In this document: positions 29,094 through 40,807 of the stretch, in pieces
Position numbering within the stretch: position 1 is the first letter of the stretch
Layout: every line of letters begins with the position of its first letter
NCBI GenBank assembly: GCA_029974315.1
Contig: JARKSE010000128.1
Location: 85 to 64,084 of the forward strand
Reading direction: 5' to 3'
Length of the DNA stretch: 64,000 nt
DNA from: Paludibacteraceae bacterium
GTDB taxonomy: Bacteria > Bacteroidota > Bacteroidia > Bacteroidales > Paludibacteraceae
Program-made: the position numbers and the translations under genes
Notes under the pieces: generated by a model
What the model saw: only the letters and a program-made list of their open reading frames with translations
Told to the model about the DNA's origin: nothing
The model's database searches: none

Positions 29094-29546
29094 TCAAGAA
29101 CCTAATAGTTGTTTCACCTTTTCTGAAATTAAACGCCCTTCTGTTTTTCCTGCTAGTTGTTTACTTGCAACCCCCATAACTTTACCAAGGTCTTGCAACG
29201 AAGTGGCACCAACTTGTGCAATAATAGCACGCACAGCTTTTTCTAGTTCAGCATCACTCATTTGATCTGGCAAATAGCGCTCATAAACAGCTACTTGTGC
29301 TAAATATTCTTCAGTTAAATCTAAACGATTTTGTTCTTTAAATATGGTCGCTGCGTCTTTGACTTGCTTAGCCATTTTTTGGATAATCTTAATCGCCATC
29401 TCATCGGTCAATTCACCATTACCGCCTTTTGCTGTTTTGGCTTCCAAAAACTCCTTTTTTATACCACGCAAAGCCTCCGTTTCAACATGGTTACGAGCTA
29501 ACATAGCTTTTTTAATATCTTCACTAATTTGATCAAACAAATTCAT
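29094..29546 (-). CDS. GatB/YqeY domain protein
   Basis: 150-aa ORF. ISEDIKKAMLARN, LRGIKKE and the LGKVMG end follow the YqeY pattern. It begins 12 nt downstream of ftsZ. Confidence 0.85.
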   Translation of the reverse strand: MNLFDQISEDIKKAMLARNHVETEALRGIKKEFLEAKTAKGGNGELTDEMAIKIIQKMAKQVKDAATIFKEQNRLDLTEEYLAQVAVYERYLPDQMSDAELEKAVRAIIAQVGATSLQDLGKVMGVASKQLAGKTEGRLISEKVKQLLGS

Positions 29547-29558
29547 AAGTTTTGATTT

Positions 29559-30776
29559 TTAATTGTTTTTATTGCGTAAATAAGCTGGTTCATTCTCCAG
29601 GTAATCTAATACATCATCGTCATCTAAATCGAACAATGTAGCTGATTGTACATTTCCCGTGGCCGGTTTAGTTTCTGGATATAATTCATGTCGCCACTGC
29701 TCTTTGGCTGTAACAGGTTTAGTTTCCCAAGGTTTTGGAGTTTTTGTTTCCACTTCGGGCTGTAATTCAAGTTCTGCCTGCTCTTCGTCTTTTACATAAT
29801 CAGGAATCGCAGACGAATTAAATCCTGTGGCAATGAGTGTAATTTTTACCCCGTCACCCAAATTATCGTCAAACGTAGCCCCCCAAATCACTTCAATATC
29901 TTCGCCCATTTTCGCCATAAAAGCATTGATTTCTTCAATCTCTTCCATACGGATTTCATTGGTGGTTGAGCAATAGATATTCAGAAGAATTTTTTTAGAA
30001 TCATGTATGTCGTTGTTATTCAATAATGGTGAATGAAGCGCATCAAGAATTGCATTGGTTATACGATTTTCTCCTTCGGCATAACCCGTATTCATAATGG
30101 CAACTCCACCATCTTTCATTATCGTATTCACATCAGCAAAATCGACGTTGATATAACCATCAACTGTAATAATTTCAGCAATACCTTTAGCTGCTTCTGC
30201 TAATACATCATCGGCTTTAGCAAATGCATTGGAGAGTTCTAAATCTGGATAAATTTGACGCAACTTCTCGTTGTTTACTACCAAAATTGCATCAACGTGT
30301 TTACTCATTTGTTTGACACCTTCAAGAGCTTGCTCAATTTTACGTTTCCCCTCAAACGCAAATGGGATAGTAACAATACCAACAGTAAGAATACCCATAT
30401 CGTGGGCAACTTTGGCTATAACGGGAGCTGCTCCAGTTCCTGTACCACCGCCCATACCTGCGGTGATAAATACCATTTTGGTGTTATCACGAAGCATTTG
30501 CTCTATTTTAGGCAGTGACTCTTCAACAGCTTGACGAGCAACTTCGGGGCGACCACCTGCGCCAAGTCCTTCTCCCAGTAAAATTTGTCTGCTTACAGGA
30601 GATCGTTTTAGGGCTTGATCATCGGTGTTACACACCACAAACGTAACATCGGCTATACCTTTACGAAACATGTGATTAACTGCATTACCGCCACCACCAC
30701 CAACTCCAATTACCTTAATAATTGACAAGCTATTCATCGCAGTTGTCAAATCTGTCAAATTTTGTTCCAGACCCAT
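29559..30776 (-). CDS. ftsZ: cell division protein FtsZ
   Basis: 405-aa ORF with the tubulin signature GGGTGTGAAPVIA, VIGVGGGGGNAVN, and an acidic C-terminal peptide. Confidence 0.97.
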   Translation of the reverse strand: MGLEQNLTDLTTAMNSLSIIKVIGVGGGGGNAVNHMFRKGIADVTFVVCNTDDQALKRSPVSRQILLGEGLGAGGRPEVARQAVEESLPKIEQMLRDNTKMVFITAGMGGGTGTGAAPVIAKVAHDMGILTVGIVTIPFAFEGKRKIEQALEGVKQMSKHVDAILVVNNEKLRQIYPDLELSNAFAKADDVLAEAAKGIAEIITVDGYINVDFADVNTIMKDGGVAIMNTGYAEGENRITNAILDALHSPLLNNNDIHDSKKILLNIYCSTTNEIRMEEIEEINAFMAKMGEDIEVIWGATFDDNLGDGVKITLIATGFNSSAIPDYVKDEEQAELELQPEVETKTPKPWETKPVTAKEQWRHELYPETKPATGNVQSATLFDLDDDDVLDYLENEPAYLRNKNN

Positions 30777-30798
30777 ATTATCATTTTTTAGTTTTTAT

Positions 30799-32079
30799 TT
30801 ACTTAACATTCTCTTTCAAAGGAGTGTCATCAGAAAAGAGATCACCCAATTTAGAACCAAAATAATCTTTTAATCCTTTTTTAGGTGCCTTTTTAACTTG
30901 TTTTTTAGAACTCTGATTTACAGGCAAAGTGCAATTTTCTGTTCCACAAAGCAAAAGTCCTATTAACTGAGCATATTCATTACGTATAAATTCATCGTCC
31001 GTATTATCTGTAAGATGTGCAACATAAGATCCAATTCGCACGTCCATACCTGTTTTTTCTCTCACGATGTCATCCACGTACTTCATGTTGGTTACACCAC
31101 CCGTAATCACCAAACCTGCATTAAGTACATTAGTATAACCAGATTTTTGAATTTGCGCCATTACTAAATCAATGATTTCATGCAAGCGGGCAGTAATTAT
31201 ATGTTCCACATCTTTGGTTGAAACTGAACGTTGTTCGAGCCCCTCAGCTGTAGCTGGCAACTCAATTTTTAATATTTTTTTATCACGTATAGAGAACTTA
31301 TCACCACACATCAATTTCAACTTTTCAGCTTCTTGATCGAGTAATTTAAGCGATTTCAAATCATTAGTTATGTGTTTACCACCAATAGGTATTACAGCTA
31401 AATGCTTCATTAATCCATCTTTATACACTGCCACAGAAGTACAGCCTGCACCAAAATCAATAACAGCACTACCAAGTTCTTTTTCAGCCTCACTCAGCAA
31501 AGCGGTAGCTGTTGCCATTGGAGCTAAAAATTTTTGTGCTATTTCAGTGCCAAGAATTCTATCGGCACACTTATCTATATTCAAACTTACCTCTGGTTTA
31601 CCTACTGCTAAAACATAAGATGCGGTTAAATTACCTCCAATTACGCCAATTGGATTTTGAATGGGTTCATTATCGAGCATAAATGTATCGGTTAAAACAC
31701 GTAATATTTCACGCTCCGAAATTGTGGTGTTTTTAGCTTCAGTTTCCATGTCCGAAAGAATTTCTTCCGTAATTTCTTCATCATGACCAAAAATACGCGG
31801 TATATTGACACGTACCGTACGCAATGAGCGACCATTAATTCCCACGTAAAAACGACAAATTGGTGATTTAATACGATTCCCCAACAACTTAAGCATCATA
31901 CTCAAACGCGCAGCCACCTCGCTCGGTTTAGTAATTATTCCATTGCGAATACTATCTAAAGGTGTTGGCTCCGATTCTAAAGCAAGTATTTCGAGCTTTC
32001 CGTCAGCAAACTTTTTAGCAGCCATCATAGCTAATTTAGCATTACCCAAATCGGCAGCTACAATAATTTCAAAATCCAT
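30799..32079 (-). CDS. ftsA: cell division protein FtsA
   Basis: 426-aa actin-fold ORF (VIDFGAGCTSVAV, ITGGVTNM) with a C-terminal amphipathic helix GLKDYFGSKLGDLF. Confidence 0.93.
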   Translation of the reverse strand: MDFEIIVAADLGNAKLAMMAAKKFADGKLEILALESEPTPLDSIRNGIITKPSEVAARLSMMLKLLGNRIKSPICRFYVGINGRSLRTVRVNIPRIFGHDEEITEEILSDMETEAKNTTISEREILRVLTDTFMLDNEPIQNPIGVIGGNLTASYVLAVGKPEVSLNIDKCADRILGTEIAQKFLAPMATATALLSEAEKELGSAVIDFGAGCTSVAVYKDGLMKHLAVIPIGGKHITNDLKSLKLLDQEAEKLKLMCGDKFSIRDKKILKIELPATAEGLEQRSVSTKDVEHIITARLHEIIDLVMAQIQKSGYTNVLNAGLVITGGVTNMKYVDDIVREKTGMDVRIGSYVAHLTDNTDDEFIRNEYAQLIGLLLCGTENCTLPVNQSSKKQVKKAPKKGLKDYFGSKLGDLFSDDTPLKENVK

Positions 32080-32090
32080 AAACAGAGATA

Positions 32091-32864
32091 TTAATTTTCT
32101 TTTTGTATTTCAACTTCAGGTGTAAATTTAGGTTTGACACAAACTACCTGATCGCGATAGCGTAAATCAATGTGCGTATAACGATTCCAACCTAAACGAG
32201 GTAAACCTTTTTTATAAAAAGTTAGTAATTTATCCAATTTTCGCTGTGCGTTATTTACCGAACCCAAATAGATAATGTGCGAACCTACTCGAGGAGTTAA
32301 TTCTACATCAAAATTAGGATAAACATGAATTTGCGTAATTTGGCTCGACCAAAAATCATCATCTTGCAAAGATACTATAAAGTCAAACAACTCATTGCGA
32401 ATAAAATCCTCATTAACATAACCCGTAACTATTGGTACATACACGGCGTATTTAGTTGATACAGGCATGCGTAAACGGTCTTCATCAACATAAAAATTAT
32501 TACGGTCGGTCAACATACGAAACAGGGGCTGACGCTGTTTAACATCAACATTTAAAATCCCCGAAGGAGTTTGATAGCACGATACAAATTTAATCATCGG
32601 GTGCTTTTTAACTGCCTTTTCTACAGCATGCAAATCAATCTCTGCAAACGATAATCCTTTATATTTAATACGATTATTTTCCAACAAAGTTACAATTTCT
32701 TGAGTGGTCACAAAACGCAACTTTTCAACATCTAATACATTCACTTTCAAATCAGAACAGATACGATTTTCAGTTCTTGGCGTCACAAAAATAATTGCTG
32801 CCAGCAAATAAGCAAGCAGTAGTGTAATACTAACAACTATTAATATGATACGCCAAATTTTCAT
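32091..32864 (-). CDS. ftsQ: cell division protein FtsQ-like (POTRA)
   Basis: 257-aa bitopic ORF (N-terminal TM plus POTRA-like body) in the canonical position between murC and ftsA. Confidence 0.8.
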   Translation of the reverse strand: MKIWRIILIVVSITLLLAYLLAAIIFVTPRTENRICSDLKVNVLDVEKLRFVTTQEIVTLLENNRIKYKGLSFAEIDLHAVEKAVKKHPMIKFVSCYQTPSGILNVDVKQRQPLFRMLTDRNNFYVDEDRLRMPVSTKYAVYVPIVTGYVNEDFIRNELFDFIVSLQDDDFWSSQITQIHVYPNFDVELTPRVGSHIIYLGSVNNAQRKLDKLLTFYKKGLPRLGWNRYTHIDLRYRDQVVCVKPKFTPEVEIQKEN

Positions 32865-32888
32865 AAATCAGAGTGCTGTTTTGCAAAG

Positions 32889-34250
32889 TTAATGAAAAAC
32901 CTCAACTATTTGCGGCAAATAAATATCAATATCTCCCGCACCAACTGTCAACAAAACGTCAAACTGCTTAGTTTTTAGCAAATCAATCAATTCAGCTTTG
33001 GTTGTCAACGTTTTCAATGGACAAGTCACTTCATCAAAAATAAGTTGCGACGTGACACCTGGAATAGGCAGCTCTCGAGCCGGATAAATTTCAACTAAAA
33101 CCACCTCATCGAGATACGATAACGACGCTGCAAATTCTTTGTAAAAATCGCGTGTACGGCTGTATAGATGAGGTTGAAATACACCTAACACTTTTTTATC
33201 AGCATATAATGCTTTTACCGACCGAACACTGGCTAATACTTCTGCTGGATGATGCGCATAATCATCAATAATCGTCAATTTATCAGTTTTCAAATGTGTA
33301 TCAAAACGACGACGAATACCAGCAAAAGAAGCCATTCCTGCGCGTAATTCATCGGCTGTAACGCCATTGAGATAAGCTAACGCCATAGCCGCCACACCAT
33401 TTTCCACATTCACTAAAACCGGAACACCTAAATTCACATCGTTAATACGACTTGTTGGTGTCACAAAATCAAAATGTAATTCGCCATTACCAATTTGAAT
33501 ATTTTCAGCATAAAAATCGGCTGTTTCCGTAGCTGAATAGGTATAAAATTTTACGCCTTCTTGCAAACAAGGTTTCAGTTCGATTCCTTTTTTCATAATC
33601 AAACAACCACCCTTCTGAATTAATGACGTAAAATGAGCAAAACTCTCCAAATAGGCTTCGTGAGTGCCATAAATATCAAGATGATCAGCATCTACAGCAG
33701 TAATTACAGCCATATACGGTGCAAGATGGTGAAATGAACGATCGAATTCATCAGCTTCAATCACCACTAAATCACTTTTATCGGACAACAGTAAATTGCT
33801 AGTATAATTTTTTGAAATTCCACCTAAAAACGCATTACAATCAACATGACTTTGTTTCAACAAGTGAGCTGTCATAGTACTTGTGGTGGTTTTTCCATGT
33901 GTGCCAGCCACGCACAAACCACGCTCAATGCGTGTTACTTCGCCCAACACTTGAGCGCGTTTTTGAATAACAAATCCTTGTTCTACAAAATGCGTAAATT
34001 CAAGGTTGTCAGTAGGAATTGCAGGCGTATATACGACTAAGGTTTTAGTTTTATCCAAAAAAGCGAACGGAATTAAATTCACATCATCATCGTAATGAAT
34101 AGAAATACCCTCTTGTTCTAACTCTTTACAAAGCTGACTGCGTACACGATCGTAACCAGCCACCTCAAAACCTTTAGCTTTAAAATAACGCGCAATAGCA
34201 CTCATGCCAATGCCTCCTATACCGAGAAAGTAAAAATGAGTATAATTCAT
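32889..34250 (-). CDS. murC: UDP-N-acetylmuramate--L-alanine ligase
   Basis: 453-aa ORF with FLGIGGIGMSAIA and the Mur ligase P-loop GTHGKTTTSTM. Confidence 0.95.
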   Translation of the reverse strand: MNYTHFYFLGIGGIGMSAIARYFKAKGFEVAGYDRVRSQLCKELEQEGISIHYDDDVNLIPFAFLDKTKTLVVYTPAIPTDNLEFTHFVEQGFVIQKRAQVLGEVTRIERGLCVAGTHGKTTTSTMTAHLLKQSHVDCNAFLGGISKNYTSNLLLSDKSDLVVIEADEFDRSFHHLAPYMAVITAVDADHLDIYGTHEAYLESFAHFTSLIQKGGCLIMKKGIELKPCLQEGVKFYTYSATETADFYAENIQIGNGELHFDFVTPTSRINDVNLGVPVLVNVENGVAAMALAYLNGVTADELRAGMASFAGIRRRFDTHLKTDKLTIIDDYAHHPAEVLASVRSVKALYADKKVLGVFQPHLYSRTRDFYKEFAASLSYLDEVVLVEIYPARELPIPGVTSQLIFDEVTCPLKTLTTKAELIDLLKTKQFDVLLTVGAGDIDIYLPQIVEVFH

Positions 34251-34257
34251 ACTAAAT

Positions 34258-35364
34258 TTATTTACGAAGGTTTGCTAATTTAATCACCTCTTTAGCTATA
34301 CGTAGTGCCGAATCTTTTTCGGCTAATTTTAGACTGTTTTTTGATAGTTGTACTAATTTTTTATCATCTAAAATGAGTTGTAAAGCTTTGTTTATCAACT
34401 CTTTTTCAGCATCACTATCTTTCACCAATACTGCAGCTTCTTTATTGACCAAAGCCATGGCATTATGCGTTTGATGATCCTCAGCCACATTGGGCGATGG
34501 TATCAAAATAGCAGCCTTACCAAGCAAACACAATTCTGAAATTGAACTTGCACCAGCACGCGAAATGACTAAATCGGCAATGGCGTAAGCTAAATCCATT
34601 CGACCAATAAAATCGGTAACAATAAGATTGGGTGACTTGAATGGTTCAGCAGCTTTTTTAGCCTCATCAATATATCCTTTTCCTGTTTGCCAAATGACCT
34701 GAATTCCAGATTCACTCAATTCTTTGAGATGCGCAATAACGCTTTGATTTATGGTTCGTGCCCCCAAACTTCCACCAACAATCAATAAAGTTTTTTTATC
34801 GGATGAAAATCCAAACTCTGTATAACCCTCTTTTTTAGTACCTTGGGAGAGGTTTTGACGTACAGGATTACCTGTTAGAATGATTTTATCAGCCGGAAAG
34901 AATTTTTCCATTCCTTCATAGGCAACACAAATTTTTGAAGCTTCTTTCGCTAAGAGTTTGTTGGTTACACCGGCAAATCCATTTTGCTCTTGCAACAACG
35001 TTGGAACACCTAATTTATAAGCTACTTTAAGAGCAGCACCACTCGCATAACCACCAACTCCGATAGCTACATCGGGTTGAAAATCTTTAATCACTTTACG
35101 GACACGCCACATACTCACTTGCAAATCCCACAAAACTGAAAAATTCTTAAATATTTTTTTACGATCGAAACCACGCACAGGCAAGCCTACAATATCGTAA
35201 CCAGCTGCCGGCACTCGCTCCATTTCCATACGTCCATCAGCGCCCACAAATAAAATTTCGCACTCGGGTTGTAATTCACGCAAAGCATTAGCAATACTTA
35301 TTGCAGGGAATATATGGCCGCCAGTTCCTCCACCACTAATCAAATATTTAGGATTCTTTTTCAT
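34258..35364 (-). CDS. murG: undecaprenyldiphospho-muramoylpentapeptide beta-N-acetylglucosaminyltransferase
   Basis: Starts MKKNPKYLISGGGTGGHIFPAISIA. I trimmed the track ORF by 31 codons, because the extension overlaps the ftsW 3' end. Confidence 0.93.
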   Translation of the reverse strand: MKKNPKYLISGGGTGGHIFPAISIANALRELQPECEILFVGADGRMEMERVPAAGYDIVGLPVRGFDRKKIFKNFSVLWDLQVSMWRVRKVIKDFQPDVAIGVGGYASGAALKVAYKLGVPTLLQEQNGFAGVTNKLLAKEASKICVAYEGMEKFFPADKIILTGNPVRQNLSQGTKKEGYTEFGFSSDKKTLLIVGGSLGARTINQSVIAHLKELSESGIQVIWQTGKGYIDEAKKAAEPFKSPNLIVTDFIGRMDLAYAIADLVISRAGASSISELCLLGKAAILIPSPNVAEDHQTHNAMALVNKEAAVLVKDSDAEKELINKALQLILDDKKLVQLSKNSLKLAEKDSALRIAKEVIKLANLRK

Positions 35365-35380
35365 AGTACTATGCATTAGT

Positions 35381-36649
35381 TTAAGATTTATCAACGCCAC
35401 TTTCCAGTTCGTCAGCTGGCAACACATCAGCGGAAACTTCGCCATGTGATGTTGCATACCGTGTTACACTTAAAATGAGTCCAAAATAGATACTGGTTAT
35501 CAAAATAGACGTGCCACCACGACTAATTAACGGCAACGGCTGTCCCGTAACTGGAATAAGCTGAACCGACACCGCTATATGTACAAACGCTTGTAATACA
35601 ATAATCAACGCTAGCCCCATGACTAAAACAGCTGGATAAACCGTTGTCGATTTCCACACAATCCGCCCCGCTCGGAATAGTAAAATAAGATAAAGCATAA
35701 TGACAAAAACGCCACCGATCAAACCTAACTCCTCAACAATAATTGCAAAAATAAAATCACTAAAAGCTTCAGGCAAAAGATTACGCTGTACACTAGTACC
35801 AGGACCGTGAGGAAAAAAACCACCACGAGCTATAGCTATTTGTCCGTGAATTGGTTGTAAATTAGAACTATGTATTTTATATTTTTCATTTGGATCACCA
35901 CTTTTAGTAAAATTTTCGATACGCCCTACCCACGTATAAGCACGACCAAATGTTTTATAAAACGTACGCGATACTGGATTGACTTTTTTTAGCTTATCAG
36001 CCTGATAATTTTCTTTGGGAATCAAAACAGCAATAGTAAACACAAGCGCTATAAACAAAATAATGATGCCCCAAAACGCCGCCAAGCGTTTGAATGCAAT
36101 TTGTCCACAAAATAGCATCGCAGAAATTACCGTGAAAAGCAAAGCTGCAGTAGAAAAGTTCTCTGGTAAAATCAGCCCACAAGTAATCACAATAGCTAAA
36201 GCAATCCATTTAAAATACTTACGTTCAAACTCACTATTTTCTGTTTTTTTAGCTCTGCTTATCCAGTCGGCAGTCATAATGATTAAGCATAATTTGGCAA
36301 GTTCAGACGGCTGAAATTGGACACCTCCAACCTTAAGCCAACGCTGAGCGTCATTAGCCTCGACTCCTTTAGCCATCGTAAAAATCAATAAACCTATAGA
36401 GAGCATCCAGCCAGCATAACCCAACATTTTAATAACTTTGTAATCCAGTTGCTGAACGATAATCATAGCAACAGTCCCAATGCCCAAATACATTATATGC
36501 TGTAAAATAGGCGCACCAATGGAAGAGCCTCTCGATACCAGTATGCTCGATGCACTGAACATCTCAAGAATAGAGATGATACAGAGAAAGAAAAAGACCA
36601 TCCAGATGACGTAATCGCCTTTCAGTTGATTTTTAAAATTATTATTCAC
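35381..36649 (-). CDS. ftsW: FtsW/RodA/SpoVE family peptidoglycan glycosyltransferase
   Basis: 422-aa polytopic ORF in the dcw position between murD and murG, with the SEDS motif GQPLPLISRGGTS. Confidence 0.92.
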   Translation of the reverse strand: MNNNFKNQLKGDYVIWMVFFFLCIISILEMFSASSILVSRGSSIGAPILQHIMYLGIGTVAMIIVQQLDYKVIKMLGYAGWMLSIGLLIFTMAKGVEANDAQRWLKVGGVQFQPSELAKLCLIIMTADWISRAKKTENSEFERKYFKWIALAIVITCGLILPENFSTAALLFTVISAMLFCGQIAFKRLAAFWGIIILFIALVFTIAVLIPKENYQADKLKKVNPVSRTFYKTFGRAYTWVGRIENFTKSGDPNEKYKIHSSNLQPIHGQIAIARGGFFPHGPGTSVQRNLLPEAFSDFIFAIIVEELGLIGGVFVIMLYLILLFRAGRIVWKSTTVYPAVLVMGLALIIVLQAFVHIAVSVQLIPVTGQPLPLISRGGTSILITSIYFGLILSVTRYATSHGEVSADVLPADELESGVDKS

Positions 36650-36671
36650 ACGCTAAACAGGTTAAATGAAA

Positions 36672-38036
36672 TTATAAATTACGCACATGAGTTTTAAATT
36701 GCTCACCACGATCTTCATAGTTTTTGAATAAATCAAAGCTAGCACAACAGGGCGACAACAACACCGTATCACCAGGACGAGCTACTTCATATGCTTTCGC
36801 TACACAATCTTCCATAGAAGAAACTTCATACATTGAACACGTACAATGGTCTTTCCAATATTCACGTAATTTGCTATTATCAACCCCCATAAAAATAAGT
36901 GTGTGCACTTTTTGACGCACTAACGACTCTATTTCTGAGTAATCATTGCCTTTGTCTGTACCGCCTAGAATAAGCACTGTTGGCGTTTTCATACTTTGCA
37001 GTGCATACCAACAAGAGTTTACATTAGTAGCTTTAGAGTCGTTGATATAGCGTACGCCGCGCACCGAAGCCACATACTCTAAACGATGCTCTACTCCCTG
37101 AAAATCAGCCAATGATTTACGAATTGTCTCTTTACGAATGTGTACGAGTTGAGCGGCCAAACCGGCAGCCATAGAGTTGTAAACATTGTGAGTTCCTTGT
37201 AAAGCTAATTCTTCTACTGGCATAATCATATTGTTATCTTTATTTTGTGAGTTTATAGTTAAATCTTCATGTTCAATAAAAGCTTCTGTTTTGTCTGTTT
37301 TAGTAAAAGCAAACGGCAATAAACGAGCTTTGATATCACGTTTTTCAAGCTCTTCTTTCAGTACAGGATCATCATTCCAAAAAATAAAAGCATCTTCAGG
37401 TGTCTGATTTTGAAGGATTCGGAACTTGGAATCAATGTAATTTTGAAATTTATAATCGTAACGATCAAGATGATCAGGCGTGATATTTAAAATAACCGAC
37501 ACATCGGCTTTAAAATCGTACATGCCATCAAGCTGAAATGAGCTTAATTCTAAAACATAATAATCATACTGACATTCAGCTACTTGTCTTGCAAAACTTT
37601 TCCCCACATTGCCAGCTAAACCGACATTCAAGCCTTCATTTTTCAAAATAAAATAGGTCAACATTGTCGTTGTAGTTTTACCGTTAGAACCTGTAATACA
37701 AATTTTCTTGGCTTTGGTGTAGCGTGATGCAAATTCAATTTCTGAAATTACAGGAATATTTTTGGCACGTAACGCTTGCACCATAGGTGCTTTATCAGGA
37801 ATTCCAGGACTTTTTACCACTTCATCGGCATTTAGAATCAAAGCCTCGGTGTGCTGCTTTTCTTCGTGAGCAATACCACGATGCTCTAACTCCTCTTTGT
37901 ACACAGGTTTTAAAGCCGACAAATCGGATAAGAACACATCAAAACCTTGTTTTTGCGCCAAAATGGCTGTTCCAACACCACTTTCACCACCACCGAGTAT
38001 TACTAAACGTTTCATACGTCTATATTTTTTAGCCAA
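36672..38036 (-). CDS. murD: UDP-N-acetylmuramoylalanine--D-glutamate ligase
   Basis: Has ILGGGESGVG and GSNGKTTTT. The true start is probably Met8 at 38015 (MKRLVILGGG). Confidence 0.94.
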   Translation of the reverse strand: MAKKYRRMKRLVILGGGESGVGTAILAQKQGFDVFLSDLSALKPVYKEELEHRGIAHEEKQHTEALILNADEVVKSPGIPDKAPMVQALRAKNIPVISEIEFASRYTKAKKICITGSNGKTTTTMLTYFILKNEGLNVGLAGNVGKSFARQVAECQYDYYVLELSSFQLDGMYDFKADVSVILNITPDHLDRYDYKFQNYIDSKFRILQNQTPEDAFIFWNDDPVLKEELEKRDIKARLLPFAFTKTDKTEAFIEHEDLTINSQNKDNNMIMPVEELALQGTHNVYNSMAAGLAAQLVHIRKETIRKSLADFQGVEHRLEYVASVRGVRYINDSKATNVNSCWYALQSMKTPTVLILGGTDKGNDYSEIESLVRQKVHTLIFMGVDNSKLREYWKDHCTCSMYEVSSMEDCVAKAYEVARPGDTVLLSPCCASFDLFKNYEDRGEQFKTHVRNL

Positions 38037-39299
38037 TTATCTAATCTTAAGCGTAATAATAGTTATCGCTGCCAAAATCAAACCTACAATCCAAAAACGA
38101 ACCGTTATTTTAGACTCTGGAATCGCCTGTTTTGACCCTTGAATTAAAGCATCAACGCTTCCAGCCGGTTTTTGATAATGATGGTGCAAGGGAGACATCT
38201 TAAAGATCCGTTTACCTACACCTGTTCGTTTTTTAGTATATTTGAAATAGGCGGTTTGTAAAATCACCGACAAACTCTCTACCAAAAAAATGCCCGATAA
38301 AATAGGAATTAACAGTTCTTTGTGAATAGCAATAGCAAATACAGCAATAATTCCCCCTAATGCTAAACTTCCAGTGTCGCCCATAAAAACTTGCGCCGGA
38401 TAAGAATTGAACCACAAGAAACCAATAGTAGCCCCGATAAACGCAGCTGAAAACACCAATAATTCGCCAGAACCAGGAATGTACATAATATTGAGATAGC
38501 CAGAATAATGCACATTACCCGACACGTAAGCCAAAATACCAAGCGTTGCACCTTGTATAGCCGAAGTTCCTGTAGCCAAACCATCTAAACCATCAGTTAA
38601 ATTGGCACCATTAGACACGGCCGTTACCACGAAAATCACCACCACCACAAATAAAATCCACCCTAATAATTGTTTATGCTCGCCTGCCCAGTTAAAAGCA
38701 TCGGCATAATCTAAGTTATTATTTTTAAAGAAAGGAATGGTCGTTTTAGTTGATTTGACTTGTTCTTTGGAATATTCTACCACTTCTAAATTTGTTGTTG
38801 AATCAACACGTTTATTTACATTTTCTACAATCACAGCGTCCGGACTAAAATAGAGCGTAAGTCCTACAATCAGTCCAATACTAACTTGACCAATGATTTT
38901 AAACACACCACGCAAGCCATTTTTATCCTTTTTAAACACTTTAATGTAGTCATCGGCAAATCCCAATAAACCAAGCCAAACCGTAGTAACAAGCATCAAA
39001 ATCATATAGATATTGTGCAACACGCCAACAAATAAGCAAGGCAACAAAATGGAGAGCAAAATGATAATTCCACCCATGGTTGGAGTACCTTTTTTCTGCA
39101 TTTGTCCTTCAAGATCCAAATCGCGAATGGTTTCGCCAATCTGCATTTTTTGAAGACGATCAATAATTTTGCGACCAATCAAAGTTGCAAAAATCAAGGC
39201 AAACAAAAACGCCAAAGCTGCACGAAACGAAATGTAGTTGAACATACCTGCTCCAGGAACGTCCAGCTTGTCGAGATAGTTAAATAAATAGTAAAGCAT
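38037..39299 (-). CDS. mraY: phospho-N-acetylmuramoyl-pentapeptide transferase
   Basis: 420-aa polytopic ORF with the MraY signatures [25 protein letters not shown] and PLHHH. Confidence 0.96.
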   Translation of the reverse strand: MLYYLFNYLDKLDVPGAGMFNYISFRAALAFLFALIFATLIGRKIIDRLQKMQIGETIRDLDLEGQMQKKGTPTMGGIIILLSILLPCLFVGVLHNIYMILMLVTTVWLGLLGFADDYIKVFKKDKNGLRGVFKIIGQVSIGLIVGLTLYFSPDAVIVENVNKRVDSTTNLEVVEYSKEQVKSTKTTIPFFKNNNLDYADAFNWAGEHKQLLGWILFVVVVIFVVTAVSNGANLTDGLDGLATGTSAIQGATLGILAYVSGNVHYSGYLNIMYIPGSGELLVFSAAFIGATIGFLWFNSYPAQVFMGDTGSLALGGIIAVFAIAIHKELLIPILSGIFLVESLSVILQTAYFKYTKKRTGVGKRIFKMSPLHHHYQKPAGSVDALIQGSKQAIPESKITVRFWIVGLILAAITIITLKIR

Positions 39300-39338
39300 A
39301 AGCTTAATTTTTATAGTGTAAACACATTAAAGTACCAA

Positions 39339-40781
39339 TTAAAAAGTAGCTTTTATCTCTTCATGATCATCAAAATGATATTTCACACCATTGATGATTT
39401 GATATTTTTCGTGACCTTTGCCTGCCACAAGAACCACATCGCCCGTTTGGGCCAATGCGCATGCTGTTTTAATAGCTTCACGACGATCAGAAATTACCAA
39501 TACTTTACGTTTTTCAATCACATCAAGCCCGGCTAACATATCATTTAAAATAGCTTGCGGATCTTCATTACGCGGATTATCGCTAGTAAAAATCACACGG
39601 TCACTACCATTAACAGACTCTTTTGCCATCATAGGACGTTTAGCTTTATCGCGATTGCCACCACAACCTACAACAGTAATCAATTCACCAGCACCTTCAC
39701 GAATTTCGTTTATAGTTGTCAAAACATTGTTGAGTGCATCAGGTGTATGGGCATAATCCACAATAGCTGTAAATCCCGTAGGAGAGGTTATGGTTTCAAA
39801 GCGTCCCGAAACAGCACGTAATGTACTTAAATGACACAAAATTTCCTGTTCTGAATAGCCCAACAAAACGGCAGTTCCAAATACAGCAGTTAAGTTATAA
39901 GCATTAAATTTACCGATGAATTGTAATGATACTTCGTGACCGTTCATATCAAGTAGCATTCCCTCCAATGAATTTTCAAGAATCCGAGTTTTGAAATTTG
40001 CCATTGATCGCACTGAATAGGTATGTTTGGTCGCTTTACAATTTTGCAATATAACCATACCATTTTTATCATCTATATTGGTAAGAGCAAAAGCTTCTTT
40101 GGGTAGTTCATCGAAAAAGCGTTTTTTAGCTGCTAAATAATTGTCGAAAGTTTTATGGTAATCAATATGATCGTGTGTGATATTTGTGAAAATACCACCT
40201 GCAAATTTCAATCCTGCAATACGACGCTGTTCAACCGCATGTGAACTCACTTCCATAAATGCGTATTCACAGCCAACCTCCACCATTTCAGCCAATAAAG
40301 CATTCAAATGCAAGGCGTCAGGTGTGGTGTGCGTAGCTTCTATTTCACGATCATCCACATAATTACAAACAGTTGAAAGCAATCCAACTTTGTAACCTAA
40401 TTTACGGAACAGTTGATACAATAACGTAGCAATAGTGGTTTTACCATTAGTTCCAGTCACACCAACTAGAGTTAAATGATGCGAAGGATTACCATAAAAA
40501 TTGGCAGCCAACAATCCCAAAGACTCATTACTTGAAGCTACTTGCACAAACACTACAGAATCAGGTTTCTCTTCAGGAATAGTTTCACAAACCACTGCCA
40601 CTGCGCCTTGCTCTATGGCTTTGGCAATGTAATCATGTCCATCAGTAGCCACACCACGCTGAGCGACAAACAAATCACCTGATTCCACTAAACGTGAATC
40701 AAATTGAATATTCCGAATAGCGACATCAGCACCCAATTGCTGTTGAATTTCAACGCCTGTTAATAGAGTTTCAAGTTTCAT
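39339..40781 (-). CDS. murE: UDP-N-acetylmuramoyl-L-alanyl-D-glutamate--2,6-diaminopimelate ligase
   Basis: 480-aa ORF with [10 protein letters not shown] and the DNPR motif ([10 protein letters not shown]). Confidence 0.95.
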   Translation of the reverse strand: MKLETLLTGVEIQQQLGADVAIRNIQFDSRLVESGDLFVAQRGVATDGHDYIAKAIEQGAVAVVCETIPEEKPDSVVFVQVASSNESLGLLAANFYGNPSHHLTLVGVTGTNGKTTIATLLYQLFRKLGYKVGLLSTVCNYVDDREIEATHTTPDALHLNALLAEMVEVGCEYAFMEVSSHAVEQRRIAGLKFAGGIFTNITHDHIDYHKTFDNYLAAKKRFFDELPKEAFALTNIDDKNGMVILQNCKATKHTYSVRSMANFKTRILENSLEGMLLDMNGHEVSLQFIGKFNAYNLTAVFGTAVLLGYSEQEILCHLSTLRAVSGRFETITSPTGFTAIVDYAHTPDALNNVLTTINEIREGAGELITVVGCGGNRDKAKRPMMAKESVNGSDRVIFTSDNPRNEDPQAILNDMLAGLDVIEKRKVLVISDRREAIKTACALAQTGDVVLVAGKGHEKYQIINGVKYHFDDHEEIKATF

Positions 40782-40807
40782 AACTATATTTGATTATTCT
40801 ATTCTTT